NCBI GenBank assembly: GCA_041649475.1
Contig: JBAZNA010000001.1
Span: forward strand, 264,612-328,611
Origin: Patescibacteria group bacterium
GTDB lineage: Bacteria; Patescibacteriota; Patescibacteriia; Magasanikbacterales; GWA2-37-8
DNA: 64,000 nucleotides
Reading direction: 5' to 3'
Shown: piece by piece, positions 48,959 to 57,769 of the stretch
Position numbering within the stretch: position 1 is the stretch's first letter
How the letters are laid out: every line of letters begins with the position of its first letter
Made by a program: the position numbers and the translations under genes
Notes under the pieces: generated by a model
The model's database searches: none
Seen by the model: only the letters and a program-made list of their open reading frames with translations
Told to the model about the DNA's origin: nothing

Positions 48959-50680
48959 ATGCGAGCCAAGACGGAAGACAAATCATTACGCGTAATTTCG
49001 GTACTTTTTTTAGTAATCGCCATAGGTGTGGCGGTCCGGCTTTTTGTTTTGCAAATTGTTGAATACCAATATTACTCAACCCTGGCCTTAAACAGCCACG
49101 AAATTTATAAACAGCTTTTTCCAACCAGAGGCAATATTTATATTCAGGATACGCGCAATCATACCGAATATCCTTTAGCCATTAATCGACCGTATTATTT
49201 ATTATACGCCGTACCCAGGGATATATTAGCGGGAGAAATTAGTTCCACCACTAATTTTTTGGCGAATTTGTTACAGCTCCCGCCGGAGAAAAAAATCGTT
49301 ATTCAGGAAAAATTATCCAAATCCAATGATTTGTATGAAACGCTTGCCCGGAAGGTATCGGATGAAAATATTGATAAAATCAGCAGCGCCAACATCAAAG
49401 GAATAAATTACTCCAGCCAACAGTTCAGGTATTATCCGGAGCAAAATTTGGCGGCCAATGTGGTTGGTTTTGTCGGGTCTGATGTTGCCGGTAATTTAGT
49501 CGGCAATTATGGGATTGAAGGTTTTTGGGAAAAAGAATTGGCCGGTAAAAGCGGTTTTCTGTCCGGCGAGCAAGGCGCGCTCGGCAGTTGGATATCTTTG
49601 GCCGGGCGCACCATTCACCATGCGCAGGACGGGGATAGTTTGCTTTTGACTATAGATCGCACTTTGGAGTATAAGTCCTGTGAGAGGTTGCGACAGGGGT
49701 TTGAAGAATATAAGGCGAAAAGCGCGACGTTGATTATTATGGAGCCGTCAACCGGCGCGATTCTAAGCATGTGCAGTTTGCCGGATTTTGACCCGAATAA
49801 TTACGGGCAAGCGACTGATCTGGCCGCGTATAACAATACGGCTGTTTTCACTCCTTATGAGCCCGGTTCGGTTTTTAAACCAATCGCCATGGCCGCGGCG
49901 CTGGATTTGGGAGTGGTTAGCCCGGATACAACCTATGTGGATACCGGAGAGAGGATTATAGATGATTATAAAATTCATAACGCCTTGAATAAAAAATACG
50001 GGCTCGCGACCATGACCAATGTGCTTGAAAATTCTATAAATACCGGTATGATTTTTGTGGAAGAAAAATTGGGCCGTGAAAATTTTAAAAATTACGTGGA
50101 AAAATTTGGTTTTGGCAAAGAAACCGGCATAGAGCTGGACACGGAAACAAGCGGTGACATTTCCTCTTTCAGTAAGAGAGCGGCTATCTATTACGCCAAC
50201 GGCGCTTTTGGCCAAGGGTTTACTGCCACTCCGCTTCAGCTGGTGACCGCTTACGCGGCTTTAGCTAACAATGGTAAATTGCCGAAGCCATACATCGTTT
50301 CGCAAATCAGGCACGCTGACGGCCAAGTGGAAAAAACCGAGCCGCGGATAGTGGAGAATGTGATCTCGCCGCGCGCCGACCAATTAATAACCGGTATGCT
50401 CACTTCGGTAGTTGAAAAGACCTATAAAAATGTGGCCAAAATCCCCGGATATTATATCGCCGCCAAAACCGGCACGGCGCAAATCGCCCAGGGCGGAAAA
50501 TATTCCGAAGCTACAAATCATACTTTTATCGGGTATTTTCCGGCGGATAATCCGAAGTTTGTGATGGTGGTAAAGTATGAAGCGCCGGACCGGCTTTGGG
50601 CCGAACAAACAGCGGCGCCGGTCTTTAAAGACATTGCTAAATTTGCCTTGGACTATTATGGCATTCCTGCCAACAGATAA
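48959..50680 (+). CDS. Class B penicillin-binding protein (FtsI/PBP2 family)
   Basis: RG.I, RYYP, GIE, EPGSVFK, SIN, AKTGTAQ. Confidence 0.93.
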   Translation: MRAKTEDKSLRVISVLFLVIAIGVAVRLFVLQIVEYQYYSTLALNSHEIYKQLFPTRGNIYIQDTRNHTEYPLAINRPYYLLYAVPRDILAGEISSTTNFLANLLQLPPEKKIVIQEKLSKSNDLYETLARKVSDENIDKISSANIKGINYSSQQFRYYPEQNLAANVVGFVGSDVAGNLVGNYGIEGFWEKELAGKSGFLSGEQGALGSWISLAGRTIHHAQDGDSLLLTIDRTLEYKSCERLRQGFEEYKAKSATLIIMEPSTGAILSMCSLPDFDPNNYGQATDLAAYNNTAVFTPYEPGSVFKPIAMAAALDLGVVSPDTTYVDTGERIIDDYKIHNALNKKYGLATMTNVLENSINTGMIFVEEKLGRENFKNYVEKFGFGKETGIELDTETSGDISSFSKRAAIYYANGAFGQGFTATPLQLVTAYAALANNGKLPKPYIVSQIRHADGQVEKTEPRIVENVISPRADQLITGMLTSVVEKTYKNVAKIPGYYIAAKTGTAQIAQGGKYSEATNHTFIGYFPADNPKFVMVVKYEAPDRLWAEQTAAPVFKDIAKFALDYYGIPANR

Positions 50681-50700
50681 ATTAATTTTTTAAATAATAT

Positions 50701-51996
50701 ATGCTTAAATCAATTGTAATCTATTTCCTACGGGCGATTTCCAAAAAGATTTTGAAAAAATATAAACCGGATGTGGTCGGTATCACCGGTTCGGTGGGCA
50801 AAACCTCGGCCAAAGAGGCGGTCGCCGCCGTGCTTTCCAGCCAATTTTCCGTGCGCCGGAGCGTAAAGAATTATAACAACGAAATTGGTTTGCCCCTCTC
50901 CATCATCGGCGCGAACGAATCAGCCGGAAAATCCGTGCCGGGGTGGCTGGCTATTATTTTTAAAGGTTTGAAGTTATTATTTTCCAGGGATAAAAATTAT
51001 CCGGAAATTTTGGTTTTGGAAATGGGAGCCGACAAGCCGGGCGACATTGAATATCTGGTTGATATCGCGCCCTGCAAGGTGGGCGTGCTGACTTTTATTT
51101 CTCACGCGCACACTGAATTTTTTAAGACCATAAAAAAGATCGCCCAGGAAAAAAGAATTATAATTTCGCATCTGCGGCAGGATGGTTTTGCGGTTTTAAA
51201 TTATGACAGCGAACTGGTGATGCAAAATGCCGGCGCGACTAAGGCGGAGGTTGTCACCTATGGTTTTAGAGAAGGCGCGGATTTGCGCGCCACCGAAATA
51301 AATGTCATTAAGGACGACGCGAGCGCCTGGCCGACGGGTCTGAATTTTAAAATAGTATACAAAGGAAACGTGGTGCCGGTATATTTGCCGGGAGCCATTG
51401 CTAAGCCCCTGATATCAGCGGCTTTGGCCGGACTGGCGGTTGGCAATGTGTTTGGGATTAATTTGGTGGAAGGCGCCCAGGCCTTGGGTTCGCTTGAACC
51501 GCTCTCGGGTCACATGCGTCTGATACCGGGTATAAAAAATACTTTAATTATAGATGACACCTATAATTCCAGCCCGGAAGCCGTCAAATCAGCGCTGGAT
51601 GCATTGTCTCAAATAAGCGTCAAAGAAGGCAACAAGCGCTTTGTGGCTTTGGGAGATATGCTTGAACTTGGGTCTGAAACCGAGAACGCGCATCGTGAAA
51701 TCGGTTTTAAGGTGGCTGAATTGGGCATAAATTATTTAATTACCATAGGCGAGGCGGCCAAGCATATTGCCGCCGCGGCCCGCGAAGCCGGCATAAACGG
51801 AGATCAGATCGCCAGTTTTGATAACAGCGCGGCCGCCGGTAAATTTTTGCAGGAAAAATTGGCAAGCGGAGATGTGGTTTTAATCAAGGGCTCGCAAAGC
51901 ATCAGGATGGAAAAAATGGTCAAAGAGGTTATGGCCGAGCCGTTATTGGCTGAAAAACTTTTGGTGCGCCAGGGCAAGGAGTGGCAGAATAAATAA
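50701..51996 (+). CDS. murF: UDP-MurNAc-tripeptide--D-Ala-D-Ala ligase
   Basis: GITGSVGKTS, NNEIGLP, DDTYNSSP, LGDMLELG, KGS. Confidence 0.92.
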   Translation: MLKSIVIYFLRAISKKILKKYKPDVVGITGSVGKTSAKEAVAAVLSSQFSVRRSVKNYNNEIGLPLSIIGANESAGKSVPGWLAIIFKGLKLLFSRDKNYPEILVLEMGADKPGDIEYLVDIAPCKVGVLTFISHAHTEFFKTIKKIAQEKRIIISHLRQDGFAVLNYDSELVMQNAGATKAEVVTYGFREGADLRATEINVIKDDASAWPTGLNFKIVYKGNVVPVYLPGAIAKPLISAALAGLAVGNVFGINLVEGAQALGSLEPLSGHMRLIPGIKNTLIIDDTYNSSPEAVKSALDALSQISVKEGNKRFVALGDMLELGSETENAHREIGFKVAELGINYLITIGEAAKHIAAAAREAGINGDQIASFDNSAAAGKFLQEKLASGDVVLIKGSQSIRMEKMVKEVMAEPLLAEKLLVRQGKEWQNK

Positions 51997-52008
51997 TCAA
52001 ATAGCGAT

Positions 52009-52821
52009 ATGCCGGAGTTGCCGGAAGTGGAAACAATCAGAAGGGGACTGGCGAAGAGTGTTTTGCATAAAAGCATTTCCGGTGTTATGGTGATAAACAG
52101 CCAGCCGATTCGCGGCAACAAAAATACTTTTGCCAATACTTTGAAAAATCAAAAGATAGAAGATATTGGCCGAATCGGCAAACTGTTGATTTTTAAATTA
52201 TCCGGTGGGAAGTATTTGCTGATTCATTTGAAAATGACCGGCCAGCTGATATATGGAAAAGATCTGCCCACAAAATATACCCGGGTAATCTGGAATTTCA
52301 AAGATAAGTCCAAGTTGTATTTTAACGACATGAGAAAGTTCGGATATTTGGAAATTGTTGATCAAAAAACTAAAGACAAGATCGTGAGTAAATACGGCAT
52401 AGAGCCGCTCGCAAAAAATTTCACCTTGCCGAATTTTAAAATAGCCATTGATAAAAGAAAAGCGCCGATTAAAGCCGTACTGCTTAATCAACAGCTGATC
52501 GCCGGCATCGGCAATATCTATGCCGATGAAATTTGTTTTGCAGCCGAGGTAATGCCCAGCCGGCCGGTGCACAAACTCCGTGAAGAAGAAATAAAAAAAT
52601 TATACAAAAGCGCTCAAAAAATTATAAAGGAAGCCATTCTCCACGGCGGAACCACCTTTAAAGATTATGTAAACGCCCACGGCGCCAAAGGGACCCATAC
52701 GGACTATTTGCAGGTTTATAAACGCGCCGGAGAAAAATGCTTGCGTTGCCGGAAGGGAATTGTTACAGTAAAAAGAGTCGGGGGCAGAGGAACGCATTTT
52801 TGCCCGGTTTGTCAGAAGTAG
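52009..52821 (+). CDS. mutM: Formamidopyrimidine-DNA glycosylase
   Basis: MPELPEVE, HLKMTG, GIGNIYADE, C-terminal CxxC..CxxC. Confidence 0.97.
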   Translation: MPELPEVETIRRGLAKSVLHKSISGVMVINSQPIRGNKNTFANTLKNQKIEDIGRIGKLLIFKLSGGKYLLIHLKMTGQLIYGKDLPTKYTRVIWNFKDKSKLYFNDMRKFGYLEIVDQKTKDKIVSKYGIEPLAKNFTLPNFKIAIDKRKAPIKAVLLNQQLIAGIGNIYADEICFAAEVMPSRPVHKLREEEIKKLYKSAQKIIKEAILHGGTTFKDYVNAHGAKGTHTDYLQVYKRAGEKCLRCRKGIVTVKRVGGRGTHFCPVCQK

Positions 52822-52847
52822 CTTATTAATTTAACCGCACATAATAT

Positions 52848-53432
52848 ATGATGAAATTTGAACTACCAAAATTAGAATATTCGTTTGACGCGTTAGAGCC
52901 GTTTATTGACGCCAAAACCATGGAAATACATTATTCCAAGCACCACCAGGCCTATTTGGATAAGTTTAACGCCGTGCTTGCTAAGTATCCGGATTTAAAT
53001 TACGAATCGGCCGAAGCCATACTTAAAGACCTGACAAATTTGCCGGTCGGCGAGGAAGACAAAAAAATAATTAAAAATTTCGGCGGCGGATATGTAAACC
53101 ACAGTTTGTATTGGAAAATAATGGCTCCGAAAAAAGAAATTGACCAAAAGCTGATCGCTGATATAGAAACGGATTTTGGCGGAGTGGAAAATTTTAAAGC
53201 CGAATTCAGCAAAATTTCAACCGCTCATTTTGGCAGCGGCTGGGCGTGGCTTGTCAGAAGCGGAGACAATAAACTCAAAATATACTCATTGCCAAACCAG
53301 GATTCGCCGCTCTCTTTAGGAGACGAACCGATAGCGACCATAGATCTGTGGGAGCATGCTTACTACTTAAAATATCAGAACCGCCGAGCAGAGTATATTG
53401 AAAATTGGTGGAATGTGCTAAAATTAATGTAG
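52848..53432 (+). CDS. Fe/Mn superoxide dismutase
   Basis: HYSKHH, NHSLYW, FGSGWAWL, DLWEHAYY. Confidence 0.96.
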   Translation: MMKFELPKLEYSFDALEPFIDAKTMEIHYSKHHQAYLDKFNAVLAKYPDLNYESAEAILKDLTNLPVGEEDKKIIKNFGGGYVNHSLYWKIMAPKKEIDQKLIADIETDFGGVENFKAEFSKISTAHFGSGWAWLVRSGDNKLKIYSLPNQDSPLSLGDEPIATIDLWEHAYYLKYQNRRAEYIENWWNVLKLM

Positions 53433-53453
53433 GCAGTTATTAAAAAGCCGTCT

Positions 53454-53897
53454 ATGAATGAGAAGGCCAAAAAATTTGTGCTACCTCTTGATTTGAACGA
53501 ACCAAGTGATTTTGATATTCTGTCGTCTTTGCAGTCGGCCAAAGCCGTTTTTGAGGAGCGTCAGTTTGAAGGACAATTAAGCGTTGATGTGGCGCAAACA
53601 GCCGAAGAGCTGGTGGTTCTGGCCACGATGGCCGGCACGGCTCCGGATAAAATTGAACTGCATCTCAACAACGACCTTTTAACCATCAGAGGCGAACGCA
53701 CCCCGCCTTTGGATTTGGATGCCGAGTATTTTTATAAAGAATGTTTCTGGGGAAAGTTTTCACGCACAATCGTTTTGCCGGTGGAGGTGAAAGCCGATTC
53801 GGTGCAAGCCCAATATAAAAATGGAGTTTTAATAATCAGGTTGCCGAAGGCGGCTGCCGGCAAAAGTGAGATTCCGATAATGGTGATTGACGAATAA
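53454..53897 (+). CDS. Hsp20/alpha-crystallin family protein
   Basis: LTIRGER, WGKFSRTIVLP, A.YKNGVL.I.LPK. Confidence 0.92.
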   Translation: MNEKAKKFVLPLDLNEPSDFDILSSLQSAKAVFEERQFEGQLSVDVAQTAEELVVLATMAGTAPDKIELHLNNDLLTIRGERTPPLDLDAEYFYKECFWGKFSRTIVLPVEVKADSVQAQYKNGVLIIRLPKAAAGKSEIPIMVIDE

Positions 53898-53899
53898 GT

Positions 53900-55807
53900 A
53901 TGTTCGTACAAGATATATTTGCGAAGAAATGGTTTAAATATAGTTTGATTTCCCTGGGGGCTGTTTTGGTTTTAGCCGTCCTGTTTTTTGGTTTCGCTTT
54001 TTGCTATAACCAATTTTATCAAGACAAAATTTATCCGAGTGTCTATGTTGGCAGTTATTCTTTGGGCGGAATGACCAGACAGGAAGCCAGGGATTTTGTT
54101 GAAAATTTTAATAACAGAATTGCCAGAGAGGGCGTGGGCTTTACTTATCAATCTGCCGACGGCCCCAAACAATTACAGCTTAATACCGTATCCGCCGATG
54201 ACAGTTCAGTGGAACTTGTACGCATAGACGGCGAGGGCGTGGTGGCCGCGGCTATGAGCCAGGGCCGGGGCGGATCGTTTTTAAATAATTTTTTTGGACC
54301 GGTAATAATCAAATTGTTTTCGCCGCGGGTTATTAGCGCCAAAGTAACAATTGAACAAAAGTTTAAAGATATTTTAAACAGCGCGCTTACAGAGATCAGC
54401 GATAAGCCGCATAATGCCAACATCAAAATAACATCAACGTTGCCGACGGTAAAATACGAGGTCATTCCCGAAAGTAACGGCATGGTTTTTAACTACAACA
54501 AAGCCGTCGCGGATATTACCGGCAGTTTATCCCGGCTGACATTAGTTCCGATTGCGCTGACTAAGGAAGAATTTAAGCCGAATATTTTAACCGCCGATGT
54601 GGCTTCGATTTTGCCGAAAATTGACAGTGTGATCGGTTATGGGGATTTGAATTTAAATTATGTTGATTCACAGACAAAAGAATTGAAAAGTTGGAATGTA
54701 ACGCCGGATGTATTTGCGCGCTGGATTGAGGTGAGCAAGGATGAAAACGGCAACAATGTATTTGCTTTAAATAAAGAGACCGTGGAAACCTACCTGGAAA
54801 CACTGCGTCCTTTCATTGACACTCCGGCCCAAAATGCCAAATTTGTGGTTCAAAATGATAAAGTGCAGGAATTTCAGGCCAGTCAAAGCGGCGTTACTTT
54901 AAATGCCGAAAAAACTTATAATGATTTAAATACGGTTTTTGAAGATCGCAATTATGGGTCGTCGGAGTTGGTTAAGACGATTACCGTTTCAACTGACATG
55001 GCTGATCCGGATGTGCAGATTGCGGATGTTAATAATTTAGGCATATCAGATGTGATTGGGGTTGGCATTTCTACATTCAAAGACAGTCACACCAATAGGA
55101 TCAAAAATATTGCCAATGCTGTAAAACGACTAAACGGCACCCTGATAAAACCGGGAGAAGTTTTTTCCGCAAATAAATATGCCGGACCCTACACCAGAGA
55201 AAACGGATTCTTGCCGGAGCAAGTGATAAAAGGGGATAAGATATTGCCGGAGGTTGGCGGCGGCATGTGCCAGATCGGCACCACTCTGTTTAGAATGGCC
55301 ATGAACTCGGGAATGCAGATTACGGAAAGAAGAAATCATTCTTTGGTGGTTTCCTATTATGCTGATCCGGTAAACGGCAACCCGGGTACGGACGCAACTT
55401 TGTATGATCCGGATTTGGATTTGAAATTTATAAATGACACCGGAAATTATTTGTTGTTGTCAACTGATATTAATTATACCAAACAGCAGCTCACCTTTAC
55501 CCTGTGGGGTAAAAGCGACGGTCGCAAGGGCTGGTATACGCATCCGATTGTCAGCCGATGGATTTCCGCCGGCGAACCGAGAATAATAACCGTCACGGAC
55601 GGCAGTTTGAAACCGGGCCAAGAGTCATGCCAGGGCGCGTTTAGAGGCGCAGTGGCCAGTTTCACTTATAGCCGCATTACTTCCAGCAGTGAAAAAATTG
55701 ATCGGGTATTTGAAAGTTATTACCGGCCTTTGCCGAAGATTTGTCTGGTTGGAGCCGAGCCGGATGTTAATACAAACACCCCCGGCGTAGCGCCAGGGGT
55801 GTTATAA
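53900..55807 (+). CDS. VanW-family protein with peptidoglycan-binding repeats
   Basis: TM, NR.KNI, IKPGEVFS, GGGMCQIGTTLFR, ERRNHS, GTDAT. Confidence 0.88.
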   Translation: MFVQDIFAKKWFKYSLISLGAVLVLAVLFFGFAFCYNQFYQDKIYPSVYVGSYSLGGMTRQEARDFVENFNNRIAREGVGFTYQSADGPKQLQLNTVSADDSSVELVRIDGEGVVAAAMSQGRGGSFLNNFFGPVIIKLFSPRVISAKVTIEQKFKDILNSALTEISDKPHNANIKITSTLPTVKYEVIPESNGMVFNYNKAVADITGSLSRLTLVPIALTKEEFKPNILTADVASILPKIDSVIGYGDLNLNYVDSQTKELKSWNVTPDVFARWIEVSKDENGNNVFALNKETVETYLETLRPFIDTPAQNAKFVVQNDKVQEFQASQSGVTLNAEKTYNDLNTVFEDRNYGSSELVKTITVSTDMADPDVQIADVNNLGISDVIGVGISTFKDSHTNRIKNIANAVKRLNGTLIKPGEVFSANKYAGPYTRENGFLPEQVIKGDKILPEVGGGMCQIGTTLFRMAMNSGMQITERRNHSLVVSYYADPVNGNPGTDATLYDPDLDLKFINDTGNYLLLSTDINYTKQQLTFTLWGKSDGRKGWYTHPIVSRWISAGEPRIITVTDGSLKPGQESCQGAFRGAVASFTYSRITSSSEKIDRVFESYYRPLPKICLVGAEPDVNTNTPGVAPGVL

Positions 55808-55809
55808 AT

Positions 55810-56057
55810 AGTTTGGGGGAGAATACCCCCCCTTAAAACCGCACCCAAGAAGATGTGTAACGGTAGCGAACGAGCCGAAGCCGGTTAACACCCCATTACA
55901 CACCTCCATGCTTGTCGTGGATACGGGATAATACTTACTTTTAAATCTAGCGCTGTCTGGTAAATTAAGCATTATTCCACATCCGGACAAGTCATAAGGA
56001 TCTGTTTCTGCATTAATACTGACAATTTAAGGTACGACTATTGATTCTAAAAGTAAC
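55810..56057 (-). ncRNA. Candidate structured ncRNA (~250 nt; 6S-like architecture possible)
   Basis: Promoter TTGACA(56091-86)-17-TATTAT(56068-63); long G-U-containing stems that pair fully only on the minus strand; cUUCGg tetraloop; no credible ORF. Confidence 0.65.
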
Positions 56058-56102
56058 TTCGTATAATAACATACTAAATGGGTTTTGTCAAGGTCTGCCA
56101 AT

Positions 56103-56130
56103 AAAAATAGCCGTTTAAACGGCTATTTTT
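56103..56130. terminator. Palindromic terminator downstream of clpP
   Basis: AAAAATAGCCGTTTAAACGGCTATTTTT perfect palindrome. Confidence 0.8.
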
Positions 56131-56146
56131 AGCTTGTTTTAGCCAA

Positions 56147-56746
56147 TTATTCAATAACCTTGTCAATTAAGCCGTAAGTGAGCGCTTCTTTTGAATCCAT
56201 AAAATAGTCCCGATCCGTGTCTTTTTCAATTTGGGTAAGGTTTTTGCCGGTATGTTTCGCCAAAATCTCATTTAGACGTTCTTTAATACGCAAAATTCTT
56301 TCGGCCCGGATCTTGATATCGCTGGCCTGTCCTTCCATGCCGCCCATAACCTGATGGATCATTATTTCCGAATTGGGCAAAGCTAATCTTTTGCCCTTGG
56401 CGCCGGCGGCTAAGAGAACCGCGGCCATGCTCGCGGCCATACCGATACAGATGGTGCTCACATCCGGTTTAATATATTGCATGGTGTCATAAATGGCCAT
56501 GCCGGCAGTGACTGACCCGCCCGGTGAATTGATATATAACTTGATATCCTTATCACTGCTTTGGTTTTCCAGAAACAAAAGCTGGGCGATTATCAGGTTG
56601 GCCACATTATCGTCTACCATTGTGCCCAAAAAGACGATTCGGTCTTGGAGCAGACGGGAGTAGATGTCAAAGGCGCGCTCGCCGTAGGAGGTCTTTTCAA
56701 TGACCGTGGGAATTAAAAACTGTGATCTAAGTTCATTGTCTTTCAT
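56147..56746 (-). CDS. clpP: ATP-dependent Clp protease proteolytic subunit
   Basis: [25 protein letters not shown]. Confidence 0.98.
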   Translation of the reverse strand: MKDNELRSQFLIPTVIEKTSYGERAFDIYSRLLQDRIVFLGTMVDDNVANLIIAQLLFLENQSSDKDIKLYINSPGGSVTAGMAIYDTMQYIKPDVSTICIGMAASMAAVLLAAGAKGKRLALPNSEIMIHQVMGGMEGQASDIKIRAERILRIKERLNEILAKHTGKNLTQIEKDTDRDYFMDSKEALTYGLIDKVIE

Positions 56747-57696
56747 ATAAGATTAGTTATTTTTATTAAAACACTTTCAATTGTTCCGTCGGTGGTGAAT
56801 CCGGCCGCTTTTTTGTGTCCGCCGCCGCCCATTTTTTTGGCCAGCAGGGAAACATCCGTGTCATCGCTGGTTGTCCGCAAACTACCTTTGATTTTACCAT
56901 CCATTGTTTCTTTAATCAACAAAGATATTTTCGTGCCGTAGAGCTTGTTTAAGAAATTAGCAATGCCATCGGCCTCAATTTCGCTGATGCCATACTCCAG
57001 GGTGTCTTTTTTGGTCAGATAAGTATAAACCAAATCCAGTCCGTCTTTTTTGGTCAGGCGATCCAAGACCACGCCCCACAGTTTTAAAGTGTTAATGCTT
57101 TTGTTGCGGATGATATAACTGTGAATTAAATTTAAATTCGCGCCCAAACGCAAGAGCTGGCTGGCCGCTATCAGTGATGACTCGGTTGTGGCCGGGTTGG
57201 AAAAATTATCAGTGTCGTTTACCAGGCCGGTTAAAAGAGATGTGGCCATGTCGCGGTTGATTTTGGCGCCGATAATTTTAAAAAAATCATAAAGGATTTC
57301 CGTGGTTGCGGCCGCCTGCGCGTTTAGCATATTTATATGCCCGTATTTTTCGTTAGTCGGGTGATGGTCTATATTTATAATCGTTGCCGCCAGCCGGGGG
57401 ATAATATCGGCCACGCCGGCATATCTCAAATCGCCGGCATCCATTATAATAATCGTATCCGCCTCGGTCAGCATATCTTTATTTTGTGAAATCAGGTCGG
57501 TGTGGTTTAGAAATTTTAATCTTTCCGGCACTTCCGTATCGCAAAATATCCGCGGTGTTTTTTTTAAAGCAAGCAAATACTGCGCCATGGCCGTCACCGA
57601 GCCAATCGCATCGCCATCGGGGTTTTGATGGGTAACCAAGGCGATTTTATTCGCCTTTTTCAAATGCTTGTCTATTTGTACGGCAGTTCCATTCAT
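56743..57696 (-). CDS. DHH/DHHA1 phosphoesterase (NrnA-like nanoRNase)
   Basis: [27 protein letters not shown]; start uncertain (57696 or 57711). Confidence 0.92.
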   Translation of the reverse strand: MNGTAVQIDKHLKKANKIALVTHQNPDGDAIGSVTAMAQYLLALKKTPRIFCDTEVPERLKFLNHTDLISQNKDMLTEADTIIIMDAGDLRYAGVADIIPRLAATIINIDHHPTNEKYGHINMLNAQAAATTEILYDFFKIIGAKINRDMATSLLTGLVNDTDNFSNPATTESSLIAASQLLRLGANLNLIHSYIIRNKSINTLKLWGVVLDRLTKKDGLDLVYTYLTKKDTLEYGISEIEADGIANFLNKLYGTKISLLIKETMDGKIKGSLRTTSDDTDVSLLAKKMGGGGHKKAAGFTTDGTIESVLIKITNLI

Positions 57697-57715
57697 AGTA
57701 TTGTTGAACAAATCA

Positions 57716-57765
57716 TTATATCTTTATTATTTACCCCTGTCAAGATATATGGTATAATCTTGACA
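57716..57765. promoter_or_regulatory. Overlapping divergent promoters (DHH-clpP and smc) with a 9-bp inverted repeat
   Basis: Minus: TTGACA-17-TATAAT; plus: TGGTATAAT; TGTCAAGAT-N10-ATCTTGACA. Confidence 0.7.
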
Positions 57766-57769
57766 AGTT

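Noticed and set aside
55802-55990. 62-aa ORF inside the structured region
   Set aside because: TTG start, no motif; the sequence is better explained by RNA pairing
55810-56057. tmRNA, RNase P or SRP identity
   Set aside because: No tRNA-like TTC/CCA end, no GAGGAAAGTCC, no SRP helix-8 motif
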